From the IMG/VR virus record IMGVR_UViG_3300017783_000001: 64,000 bases of DNA; one strand, written 5' to 3'. Below the pieces are notes generated by a model. That model was given only the letters and a program-made list of their open reading frames with translations, was not told where the DNA came from and did not search any database. Positions 20,079 to 29,722 of this stretch are shown in pieces. The stretch comes from a virus. The stretch's first letter is position 1; the number at the start of each line of letters is the position of its first letter. The position numbers were made by a program, and so were the translations under genes.

Positions 20079-20557
20079 TATACGACCCCTATACTTAACC
20101 CCCAAGTATCTGCTTCGTTTTCAACATAATGTTTTACACCTTCTTCTATGAATATACCTTCGTCATCATATACTGGTTTAATAACACCATCTAAAGATAC
20201 TTTCTTTTTGCCTTTGACAACATATAAGTAAACATCTTTATCATCTTTATGTTCTTTAAAACTAATACCTGGTTTCTGATTTACAAATAAATGAATATCT
20301 TGTCTTTTCTTTCCTGTGATATTCAATACTACTTCGTCTAAAACTTCTTTTAACCAGGCTACATCTTCTAAGCCTTCCACCTTAATAGTTTTAAATCTAT
20401 CGTATTCTCTTAACCATTCGCCATAAGACATATGTTCTTTAACCTCACGGTCAAGTCCTTCGTCATCTATATAAAATAGTTGTCTTGCTTCGTATCTAGT
20501 GTGTGATTGGATTTCTTCTTTTAATCTGGAAATCCATAAAGTTGTATGTTCGTCCAT
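20078..20557 (-). CDS. JmjC/cupin-type Fe(II) oxygenase (ROX/YcfD-like)
   Basis: SFKEHKDDKDVYLYVVKGKK...GVKHYV: HxD...H with a GxK motif; SD AGGAG. Confidence 0.7.
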   Translation of the reverse strand: MDEHTTLWISRLKEEIQSHTRYEARQLFYIDDEGLDREVKEHMSYGEWLREYDRFKTIKVEGLEDVAWLKEVLDEVVLNITGKKRQDIHLFVNQKPGISFKEHKDDKDVYLYVVKGKKKVSLDGVIKPVYDDEGIFIEEGVKHYVENEADTWGLSIGVV

Positions 20558-20568
20558 AATATATCTCC

Positions 20569-21870
20569 TTATTTACCAACGATTGCTTCTATAACTCTCT
20601 CTTCTATAGTATCGTCATTGACTAAACTTTTTCCAATTAATGCACCGTTTCTCGGTTCTGCTTCAGCTCTAGCACATCCTGCAATACTACAAGATACTAA
20701 CATATCGCCTTTTCTTACAGGACCACATACTCTTACTGGTACTCTTCCTGTCATTGCAACCGTAGCGGTTACACCTTCTAAACTGCCGTTCATAATAAAG
20801 GCAGGTTTTTCTGATTGAACACCAATAACTTTTGTACAATGATTTTCAGTACATATAGTTACCTCAGCAACACCACCTATACATAAGACGGTACCTACTG
20901 GATATTCTTTATCAGATTTATACTTTTCTGCCAAGTCAGCGTATCTCGCTTGCGTAGCAGTTGTTGTTAAAATATTTGTTGATGGATTGTAATATAAACT
21001 TGAATCTGCTTTTAGATTGTTTGAACCTGAAGTACTATCAGCAAAAGTTAAATATCTTGTTGCGTTTTGAGTTGATTCAGAAGTTATATCTACAGCATTT
21101 GCTAATGAAGCAGTACCTGTAATAGTATTTGCAACTAAAGTGTCAACCGTTAATGTTGCAGAAGCTAATCCTGAAAGTTTTGCAAGTGTAACCGTGTTAT
21201 CAGCAATTTGTAAAGTACCAATAGCATTATCTGCTATCATAGTACTTGTAACCGTATTTGTATCACCTGTAGTAATAACGGTACCACTAGCGTTAGGTAA
21301 TGTGATTACATTATCTTGTGTTGGTTCATCTACTCTTAAAGTTGTTTCAAATGAGTCTGCTGTTAGTCCTTCAAATAACATTGAAGCACCATTGATTGTT
21401 AATCCTGCACCAACAAGTGTACCACCGGCAGATATACCACCTGTTGTATTTAATTGTTCGTTACCAAAATCAATTGTACCACTTGCAGAAGTAATTGAAG
21501 AAGTACCAATCTGTATGTTTGCAATCTCAGCTGTTGTTGCAACATCAATTGTTGATAGACCAGTTAAGTTTGTATTTAATCCGATTGTTAATGTATCTGG
21601 TGATGATACCGTAGTTGTAAGACCTGTACCACTTGATACGGTTAATGTATTACCAGAGGCAATCGCCTGAACATTTGTACCGTCTGTTAATGTAAAACCA
21701 GCAGCTGCAATCGCAATACTATTGATTTCGTTAACAGCACCAATTACAGAAGTCGCAGATAAAGTAGGATCCAGAGTGGCAATATCACCAAAGTCTGAGG
21801 ACGCTAATGCGTTAAATTCTATTCTTAATTTATCTAAACTATCTGTACTATTTACCTGTCTTACAGCCAT
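20569..21870 (-). CDS. Tail fibre/spike with a C-terminal intramolecular-chaperone autocleavage (peptidase G2-like) domain
   Basis: ARYADLAEKY...VIGV.SEKPAFIMN...VAMTGRVPVRV.GPVRKGDMLV...GALIGKSL. Confidence 0.75.
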   Translation of the reverse strand: MAVRQVNSTDSLDKLRIEFNALASSDFGDIATLDPTLSATSVIGAVNEINSIAIAAAGFTLTDGTNVQAIASGNTLTVSSGTGLTTTVSSPDTLTIGLNTNLTGLSTIDVATTAEIANIQIGTSSITSASGTIDFGNEQLNTTGGISAGGTLVGAGLTINGASMLFEGLTADSFETTLRVDEPTQDNVITLPNASGTVITTGDTNTVTSTMIADNAIGTLQIADNTVTLAKLSGLASATLTVDTLVANTITGTASLANAVDITSESTQNATRYLTFADSTSGSNNLKADSSLYYNPSTNILTTTATQARYADLAEKYKSDKEYPVGTVLCIGGVAEVTICTENHCTKVIGVQSEKPAFIMNGSLEGVTATVAMTGRVPVRVCGPVRKGDMLVSCSIAGCARAEAEPRNGALIGKSLVNDDTIEERVIEAIVGK

Positions 21871-22100
21871 TATTTTTTATCCTTACACATATTTTTTATT
21901 AAACTTTTTATTTCAAAAAGTTCTGCCTTTAAAGTATTTATCTCTCTACACATTGACTTCATATTATCAACACTTGACTTTCTCATTTCTCTTCTTTTCA
22001 TATACAACTCATATTCGCTTGAGTTTGTATTAATGATACCTCCAGATTCCGTATCTCTTATTAAATATTGTTCAGTTTCTACTTTTAGGAATCTTGCCAT
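21870..22100 (-). CDS. Hypothetical protein
   Basis: 76 aa (KVE...LIRD..SG.IINT...Y) with a coiled-coil end, coupled to its neighbours. Confidence 0.65.
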   Translation of the reverse strand: MARFLKVETEQYLIRDTESGGIINTNSSEYELYMKRREMRKSSVDNMKSMCREINTLKAELFEIKSLIKNMCKDKK

Positions 22101-22104
22101 ATTA

Positions 22105-25100
22105 TTAAATCGCTAATGCGATACCTCTCATATCTCGTAAGATTGGTGGATAACTAGTATTAGTTCCTTTTAATACAATCTTAATTTGAAACGCAGTAAA
22201 TGAGTTTAAATTTTCTTTTGAATATTGATATTCTCTAAAATCAAAATCATCTTTAGATTTTGAAACTGAATTGTCTTCAACCCCACCAGTATTGAAAGGT
22301 GTCCAGTCAATCTCTCCAATAGTTCTAACTTCATCAGCACTTGTTGTTCTAAAGTAAACTTCAACTTTAGAAGAATCTCTAACAACTTGTGTTAGTCTAA
22401 TATCTAATGCAGTTGAGTTATTAATAAGTGTAACCGGTTTTGTAATATATTGAGACGCAGTTGATGAACCATTTGCAGAAGTTTCAGCAACATAGTTAGG
22501 TGTATTACCACTAGTTGGATCGTTTAATCTATTTGCAATACAGAAAACACTACTTCTATCTAAATCAATTACTGGAGACAATTTACTAGTTGTCGTTGTT
22601 AATTTCATAATAGTATAGAAAGATTTTTGTCCTGCCATTCTAGTTGTTTCATTTGGTCCAGACATAACTGCTTGTGGCGCAGTAAAGTAAATATCGTCTA
22701 CTAATGTAACCGATTGTCTATTACCTTCAGCAACTAATGAATATGGTGTTTGAGAACCGTGAAGTGATTTACTAGATGTTGTTCTAATAAATGGTTCAAT
22801 ACCTGTACCAGGAACGGTCATAGTTTGTAGACCACCTAGGTTTAATACATCAAATTGTTTATTACCGGTAACAAGTACTCCTGTACCTCCAATATCACCA
22901 TCAGTATTTGCAGTTCCTGCTGATGTAATATCAAAACTATCTAATGTTATATTAGAAATAGAATTATATGTTCCGTTTATATCTGTATGTGCAATACCAT
23001 TGTGTGTACCATTAGGAACACCAGAGATAGTAACCACAGAATTTGTATCGTGTAAATTGTGATTTGGAAAGAAAACTCTAATTACACTTGAAGCGTTTGT
23101 TGTTCTTAATCCGTTTTGTCTAATATTTTGTGCCGGTAGTTCTTTACTTCCTAAATGAACCGTACCTACAACATTACTAAACTCACATCTTTTCATTGTG
23201 AATTTCATATCTTCGTTTTGTTCAGCAGTCCAAGTTGAACCGTTTTGAGATTTGAACATAACACCAGCATATGGTTGTTTAGATATTGTTCTATTAGAAC
23301 CGATATTTGTTTCTCCTAATCTACCTACATACATATTGTAATCATTTGAGTTAGATAATACCGTCATTGCATATTCAACTTTATCTTGTATGTAAATAGG
23401 CGCAGGGAATGTAAATGTTGTTTTAACTGAACCATCAGCACTTGTATTTACAGCACTAGGGTTAATTGAAACTTCACCAAATGGTAGTACTTTACTTCCA
23501 GGATAACCATTAACCGTATTTCTAATTTGAACGGTTACAGGAATGTTTGCGTCTTTTGTTGAAAAGAATAAATCAACAGAAGATATGAATACTCCACCAG
23601 GTTCATCTGACATAAATGTTTGAGATAACGGATCAACCCAACCAATAATTCTTGTACCTTGTCTTGTACTTGTTTGTAAAACGGTTTGTGTATCTGTAAC
23701 CGTTTGTTGTACACCTCTAAATTCTCTTGTAGAAACAATTGTGTCTCTAACGGTATTTAATAATCCTCTTGCAATATATTCAGCATTAGCCGCAGTAGCA
23801 ACAGCAGCTGCGTCTGTAGAGTTAGTTGAAGAAGAAGTTAATCTAAATGTTCTTTCTCCAGTTCTCCATCTAGGATTTGTATTTAATTTAGGATCCGGTA
23901 TTGTGAATACTCCTTCAACAGAACCAGAACCGTCAGTAATTAAGTTACCTCCAACTGAACCACCATCTGGTGTACAATAAGAAGCAATACTTACATTATC
24001 AAAGAATGGAAATACTCTTGTATTTGGTTTTAATCTTGTAGCTTTAAATGCAACATCACGGCTTCTGATAAATGGTACAAATGCAACACTAACAACTCTA
24101 TCTCCCATAGATGTTCTTATCGTTTGAGGTACGGCAGTTGTTGTAATACCTGACCTACTTTGGTTAACTTGGTTGATAGAAGTAATTTCTGTTCTTTGTA
24201 CAACAGCACGACCACTTCTAAATGTTCCACCAGTACCTGTAACCGAAGATGTTAATGCTCTTCCAGTCCAGTTAGTTTGCCATTCATTCCATACCGTTCC
24301 AAGTGAGATTTCATTTTGATTTGTGATACCACTTTGTCTTTGTAATTGGTCCCACGCACCTGTAGTTGAGTTAACTACTAAATCAGGAGTTCTTTGTGTT
24401 TCTCTCCATTCATCACTTGATGGTGTTAATTCTATTGTTCCCATCCAACTGAAAATTGCAAATGGGTTAACATTAATTGCTTTAGAAGCAAAAGGTTGAT
24501 TTATTAAATCTACTTCTGTATATGGTAAAGTTAATACATCACCAGTTTTTTGGTAGTTTGCAGCTGCTCTATCAGTAGCAACTAGTGTTGTACCATCTTC
24601 GTCAATCTCTTCTAATTTTACAGCGTCTTGGTTAAACAAAGGTCTTAATTCACCTTTTGCATAATCAATAGAACATCTGTATGAACCGTTGGTTACTTCA
24701 CCGATACCGTGACCGTTAAAGTTATCTACAACAAATCCATTTTTAAATCTATCAAAACCATCAGCGTCTTGTATCTGTAAAGATTGAGCCGCACTTTCTA
24801 ATAAAGACAATTGAGTGTAATATTCAATTCTATCAATTTTCTTATCAATGGCACCAATATCTCTCATTGTATATCTTCTATTTTCTACCGTCTCATATGA
24901 TACATCATCTGGAGACAATGTATAAGGTGGTAAAGAAATAGTGTATAGGTGCATTGCGTTATCAATAGAACCTGGTTCTTGTGGTATACTATCTTCAGCA
25001 CCTTTAAGTACTTCAAAAGTACCTTCTTTATTTAAGAATAGTTTATCAACTCTTCCTTTGTAAAATTCGTGGTCTGTGGTTACATTTGTTTTAAACTTAA

Positions 25101-28100
25101 CAACTTCAATTGAAGCCGTTGCAGGATAAGTTCTATCTTGTGTACCAGAGTTAATTGTACTTGAGTCAGCTACTCTAGGTCTAAAGTCTAATGTATCTCT
25201 TAATTGGTAAGTTTCTCCTGAAGTATCAGAAGTATAACTAGGTATATCTTCGTAATCAATAATACCTGAATAACTATCTACACTAAAGAAGTCACCAGAA
25301 CCGTGTGTAAAATGATTAAATGTAATTAATAATTGTCCTGTTGGAGCTAAACTATTTTCTTTTCTAACTATTCTTGCAATATCATAGAAGTTATCTCTTT
25401 GTCCACTATCAAGTGTAAATCTATCTGTAATATCTGTATCACTTGCAGTTGGTGTTGTACTAAAGTCAGCAGCCATTTTAACAGATACTAATTGATATCC
25501 GTCAGCAACACCTAATGAGATATGATTTGCAGTTGCAGCTCCTGAAGTTGTAATAGTTGTTGTTGCGTTTGATACTAAATTTTTTGATTTTTCGTTTTGT
25601 GCAGATTTAGATATAGTCGCAATAATTTTTACTTCGTGGTCAGAATGATTAGCACCAAAATCTAAAGTTAATGAACGACCTACTGGAGAACCACCTAATG
25701 TGAAACAAGCATTACCTTCGTGGTTATTACCTGTTGTAGATAGTCTGTCACCTGCTGTACCAGCAGAAGATGAACCACCTGCTGACATAATAGTTACCGA
25801 ATAATCTAATTCTTGTTGGGCAACAAAAGTTTCACCTGTGTTTGCAGTAATTGTAATGTCACCAGTTGAAGATAAAGAACCTACAAATGTTTTTCTTACA
25901 ACAAATGATGTATCAGAAATACCAGAGTTGTCTGCTGTTTTTAATGTTTTAATTGTTGAGTAAGGTAAAGAGAACAATGAAATGTTTTTACTTGCGTCTT
26001 GTAATTTTCCTCTTCTTCTTATAATCAATGAGTTTGAAACGGCAGTTGTAGAAATTGCACTATCAAGTCTAATTGAAGATGAATTGATAATATTAATTAC
26101 CGTTCTAGTTAAAATAGTACCAGCCGTTGTCGCAAACTGAACACTATCTCCTATTTTTAATTCTGTTAAAAATTGCGTATTGAAACCGGTTACATCAGAA
26201 GATGAAGCACTAATGGAAATATTACCAGATAATGTTTTATTTTCTCCGTATGTTCCAGATAAATCAGCTTGAGAAGTATATACTGGACTTCCTGCCATTG
26301 TAATTTCTTTTACATCACTTGAACCGTAATGTGTGAAACCTAGATTACCAAATACATTTGCTTTTACTACAGCAGTATTAGATGAAGTACCACCAGTGAT
26401 TGTTTCACCTGGTATAAATTCACCTTGTACACTTGATAATACTATACAAGATGTTGAGATAGTACCACCGGCACCTGCACCAGAATGTCCTGTACCATCA
26501 ACGGCAACATCATCAGCGTCATACAATTCAAATTCTCTTTTTGCAACACCACCAATTTTTTGTCTTACATAATAAACATTGTCATTTAATTCTACTTGCG
26601 TAGCGACACCTGTTATCGTAATTGCGTCACCATCAGAAAGTTCTACATCAGCAGATAATGTAATCTCTACTGGATTTGCAGCTGTTGATGAAGTGATTGC
26701 AGCTGTTGTATTTGTTGAAACACTTTCTTTAATACCGTTAGCACCTGAAGTAGTACCAGTGATTGTTTCACCATCTGTAAATACTACATTTGTTGGAATT
26801 TTTATATGACTAAACATTTCTACATCAAACAAATAATGTTTGAATATATTACTTGAAGAAGGAGATATATTTGACGCAGTTGAAATACCAGGACCTGTCG
26901 TTGCGTTAAATTCATAACCTTTAGATTTTGCACGACCAATGTCTTTTACTTTGTTTTCAACATTTGTTGATATATTACCAGCAGTATATGCTTCACTAGC
27001 AAGTTTTAATTGTAATCCTTTAAACGCTTCTGTCTTACCGGTTACAAAGTTAATGTCTGGAGAGTTATAAGCGTTTGATACATTGATGAAGTTACCAACA
27101 TCAAAGATAGTATTGAAACCATTTTCAGTTCCAGTACTTTTTGGTTTATCAACATCTACAAAAGTTGTTCCAATTTTATCAACTTCATAACCTCTTACAT
27201 ATGCTTTACCAGGAGATAAACCTAATGCAAGTTTGTTAGCGTCACCACCAGCGGCAGCAGTATAGATACCTCTATTGCCAGCAGTATTATCTAAATGTTC
27301 TCTAATATCTAAATCAAATGGTCTGATTGTGTAATCACCACTTTCGTCAGCAGTTCTTCTTGCTAATGTGTCTTCCAAAATAGAGTATTCAGTTGTTCTA
27401 ACCCTATTTTGGAGAGTACCGTTATCTAGTCTTAATAACTCTATGAAGCTTGAATCTTCAACAGAAGTGTTTGTAAGTTTAGATAGCGTTAAATCTATTT
27501 TAAATCTGTGAGCACCTGGAGCATTTGCGTTTGATGAACCAGCTGCATTGTCTACAAGGTCAGGATCTAGGTTAGGGGTTACAAAACTTTCAGTAACCGT
27601 TAGACCTACTCTATAAGATGGTGTGTTTGTATACTTGTCTAATACAATTGATTGTTTTGCAACATTAACAGCATAACCGTTAATGTAATAAGTACCTTGA
27701 GCAATTGAAGCGGCAGAACCAGTTTCAGCACTTGTAACCACTCCACTAATATTTGTACTACCATTAAGTACACCTAAAATTGTTTCACCAGCAACAAAGT
27801 CTGGTGTTTGATTTCCAGTTCCTGTTTTAGTATATTTTACATAAAGAGTTGCAGGGTCAGTAGAAGTTGCAACATCTGAATTAATTACTTTTGCAACAAC
27901 ACCAGATGTTTGACCGGTTACTTCTAATCCAACAAAGTCTGCTAGAGTAGTTGTACCTGTAAATGATGTTAACTTAATCGCATAGTATTCCAAGTCGTAA
28001 GTAATCTCACCAGGAATCATTTGAGCACCTTGCTCAAAGATATGGTTACCCATTTTTTCAAATTGGTTTTGTAATATAGTTTGCGATTGTGTTAGTTCTC

Positions 28101-28206
28101 TAGCCTGTACAGCAAATGCTGGTCTAAACAATATTCTATGAAAGCTTTTATCTTCCGAGAAATCGTCATAGTACGGCGAGAGGTTAAAGTCAGTTGGACT
28201 TGGCAT
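22105..28206 (-). CDS. Large virion structural protein (VrlC/DUF4815-like)
   Basis: 2033 aa with N-terminus FNLSPYYDDF...ILFRP..AVQARELTQ.Q.ILQNQ and a DRFKNGF.VDNF motif. Confidence 0.85.
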   Translation of the reverse strand: MPSPTDFNLSPYYDDFSEDKSFHRILFRPAFAVQARELTQSQTILQNQFEKMGNHIFEQGAQMIPGEITYDLEYYAIKLTSFTGTTTLADFVGLEVTGQTSGVVAKVINSDVATSTDPATLYVKYTKTGTGNQTPDFVAGETILGVLNGSTNISGVVTSAETGSAASIAQGTYYINGYAVNVAKQSIVLDKYTNTPSYRVGLTVTESFVTPNLDPDLVDNAAGSSNANAPGAHRFKIDLTLSKLTNTSVEDSSFIELLRLDNGTLQNRVRTTEYSILEDTLARRTADESGDYTIRPFDLDIREHLDNTAGNRGIYTAAAGGDANKLALGLSPGKAYVRGYEVDKIGTTFVDVDKPKSTGTENGFNTIFDVGNFINVSNAYNSPDINFVTGKTEAFKGLQLKLASEAYTAGNISTNVENKVKDIGRAKSKGYEFNATTGPGISTASNISPSSSNIFKHYLFDVEMFSHIKIPTNVVFTDGETITGTTSGANGIKESVSTNTTAAITSSTAANPVEITLSADVELSDGDAITITGVATQVELNDNVYYVRQKIGGVAKREFELYDADDVAVDGTGHSGAGAGGTISTSCIVLSSVQGEFIPGETITGGTSSNTAVVKANVFGNLGFTHYGSSDVKEITMAGSPVYTSQADLSGTYGENKTLSGNISISASSSDVTGFNTQFLTELKIGDSVQFATTAGTILTRTVINIINSSSIRLDSAISTTAVSNSLIIRRRGKLQDASKNISLFSLPYSTIKTLKTADNSGISDTSFVVRKTFVGSLSSTGDITITANTGETFVAQQELDYSVTIMSAGGSSSAGTAGDRLSTTGNNHEGNACFTLGGSPVGRSLTLDFGANHSDHEVKIIATISKSAQNEKSKNLVSNATTTITTSGAATANHISLGVADGYQLVSVKMAADFSTTPTASDTDITDRFTLDSGQRDNFYDIARIVRKENSLAPTGQLLITFNHFTHGSGDFFSVDSYSGIIDYEDIPSYTSDTSGETYQLRDTLDFRPRVADSSTINSGTQDRTYPATASIEVVKFKTNVTTDHEFYKGRVDKLFLNKEGTFEVLKGAEDSIPQEPGSIDNAMHLYTISLPPYTLSPDDVSYETVENRRYTMRDIGAIDKKIDRIEYYTQLSLLESAAQSLQIQDADGFDRFKNGFVVDNFNGHGIGEVTNGSYRCSIDYAKGELRPLFNQDAVKLEEIDEDGTTLVATDRAAANYQKTGDVLTLPYTEVDLINQPFASKAINVNPFAIFSWMGTIELTPSSDEWRETQRTPDLVVNSTTGAWDQLQRQSGITNQNEISLGTVWNEWQTNWTGRALTSSVTGTGGTFRSGRAVVQRTEITSINQVNQSRSGITTTAVPQTIRTSMGDRVVSVAFVPFIRSRDVAFKATRLKPNTRVFPFFDNVSIASYCTPDGGSVGGNLITDGSGSVEGVFTIPDPKLNTNPRWRTGERTFRLTSSSTNSTDAAAVATAANAEYIARGLLNTVRDTIVSTREFRGVQQTVTDTQTVLQTSTRQGTRIIGWVDPLSQTFMSDEPGGVFISSVDLFFSTKDANIPVTVQIRNTVNGYPGSKVLPFGEVSINPSAVNTSADGSVKTTFTFPAPIYIQDKVEYAMTVLSNSNDYNMYVGRLGETNIGSNRTISKQPYAGVMFKSQNGSTWTAEQNEDMKFTMKRCEFSNVVGTVHLGSKELPAQNIRQNGLRTTNASSVIRVFFPNHNLHDTNSVVTISGVPNGTHNGIAHTDINGTYNSISNITLDSFDITSAGTANTDGDIGGTGVLVTGNKQFDVLNLGGLQTMTVPGTGIEPFIRTTSSKSLHGSQTPYSLVAEGNRQSVTLVDDIYFTAPQAVMSGPNETTRMAGQKSFYTIMKLTTTTSKLSPVIDLDRSSVFCIANRLNDPTSGNTPNYVAETSANGSSTASQYITKPVTLINNSTALDIRLTQVVRDSSKVEVYFRTTSADEVRTIGEIDWTPFNTGGVEDNSVSKSKDDFDFREYQYSKENLNSFTAFQIKIVLKGTNTSYPPILRDMRGIALAI

Positions 28207-28218
28207 TTATTTTCCTCT

Positions 28219-29679
28219 TTAAAATTCTATGATTAACTTAACATTCTCCGTTTGGTCAACACTTCTGTTAACTGGTGCTCTATTCTCAATGTACATTACA
28301 TCGCCAGAGTCCTGGTCAAGTTCAGAAGTTGCATAACCAGAAACTAAAGAAACATTATTAACCGTTTCAGTATTACCAGTTGGTGTTCCTGTTGCACTTG
28401 AAGTAGAACCTGTTATGACATTTACTCCACTAAATGCAGTTCCATTTCCTGTTGCGTCAACACCTTCATCATTATATCTTGTTTGTGTGTAGAATAATAA
28501 ATTGTTTGCAGTATCAAATTGTACTACTTTACCTACAGCACCTGTATTCGTTTGTGTAATTATTTCATCTGATTGAAATGTACCAGCACCAGAATTTAAT
28601 CTAACTGCTTTTGTTGCTCTTAATGTTGGTGTACTTACAGCTGCACCAGCAGATTTTGGGTCTCTAATTAATGCAACTCTTCTAAAATCGTTTGCAGTTG
28701 TAAAGTCACCAGAGTTTGCTGTTTCAGCACCTTCAAATGAAGTATTAAGAATTACAAAGAAACCACCTAGTTCTTCGTGTGGGTCAAATCCGTGACCACC
28801 TTTTGGACCGATAATACAATCTAGTTCAGCACCAGTTAATGCACCACCAGAAGCGGCATTAATATCTGCTACTCTTACATTTGCAAAAGTATATCCTAAC
28901 GGTGTTCCTGTTGGAAGAACAGAAGTAACCGAACCACTTGAAATCGTAACCGTACAAGTTCCGTTTGTACCATCTCCTCTTATAGGAATATTAGTAAATG
29001 TTCCTGCAGTACCACCAGTACCAGCAGTTTTAATTTTGATAATATCTATTGCACCATCTTTAGCATTATTCGTTGTTGTACTATTTGTTGAGATACCCAT
29101 AAAGTCTGTTGATAAAAAGTTTGCTTGTTGAGCAGCAGACATAGTGTACATATATTTCCACTTGTAACCATCAGAAGTTTCTAAAATAAGAATAGAAGCG
29201 CCAGTCGGTTCTATCGTTGATGGTGTATTGTTATCGTTATCTAAACATTTGTAAACTTCAAAGTTGGAATTAAGAACATAGAAGTTTGCGTCATATAAAT
29301 TCGTTGCACCACTATGAGCAGCTTGAACATTAGTAGTTCCTGTAATTCTGTTACCATAATCGTGTCTGTAAATATCGTAAGTTGTACCTGTTGTCCAGTT
29401 AATTCTTGGACACGCAAAAGATACATCTGAGCTTGTTACCCTCTTAGCAGCAAGTAAGTCATCAAATACATCATATTCGTCTTGTACTGAATCTGCTGGG
29501 GTTACTGGAGCACTATCTGTTCCAATGTTTTCTGTTCTACCATCTGGTCTAGTTTTAGTACCATATGCAGTAGGTTTTCCAATACCTAGATAATAGATAT
29601 TAGGAGTTGCTTCACCAAATGATTCCTCAAATTGTTGAGCATTATTTCTTCTAAATTTGCTTGTTATAATTGCTGGCAT
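28219..29679 (-). CDS. gp8: Baseplate wedge subunit (T4 gp8-like)
   Basis: PRINWTTG..YD.Y...FYVLNS.F.VYKCL.N...DGYKWKYMYT; C-terminal SGDVMYIENRAP..R..DQTE.VKLIIEF. Confidence 0.85.
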   Translation of the reverse strand: MPAIITSKFRRNNAQQFEESFGEATPNIYYLGIGKPTAYGTKTRPDGRTENIGTDSAPVTPADSVQDEYDVFDDLLAAKRVTSSDVSFACPRINWTTGTTYDIYRHDYGNRITGTTNVQAAHSGATNLYDANFYVLNSNFEVYKCLDNDNNTPSTIEPTGASILILETSDGYKWKYMYTMSAAQQANFLSTDFMGISTNSTTTNNAKDGAIDIIKIKTAGTGGTAGTFTNIPIRGDGTNGTCTVTISSGSVTSVLPTGTPLGYTFANVRVADINAASGGALTGAELDCIIGPKGGHGFDPHEELGGFFVILNTSFEGAETANSGDFTTANDFRRVALIRDPKSAGAAVSTPTLRATKAVRLNSGAGTFQSDEIITQTNTGAVGKVVQFDTANNLLFYTQTRYNDEGVDATGNGTAFSGVNVITGSTSSATGTPTGNTETVNNVSLVSGYATSELDQDSGDVMYIENRAPVNRSVDQTENVKLIIEF

Positions 29680-29704
29680 TGTTTAATTCCTATGTTCTTT
29701 GATA

Positions 29705-29712
29705 TATTTATA
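29705..29712 (-). promoter_or_regulatory. T4-type late promoter TATAAATA
   Basis: Exact motif upstream of gp8. Confidence 0.75.
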
Positions 29713-29722
29713 CATCTTCTTG

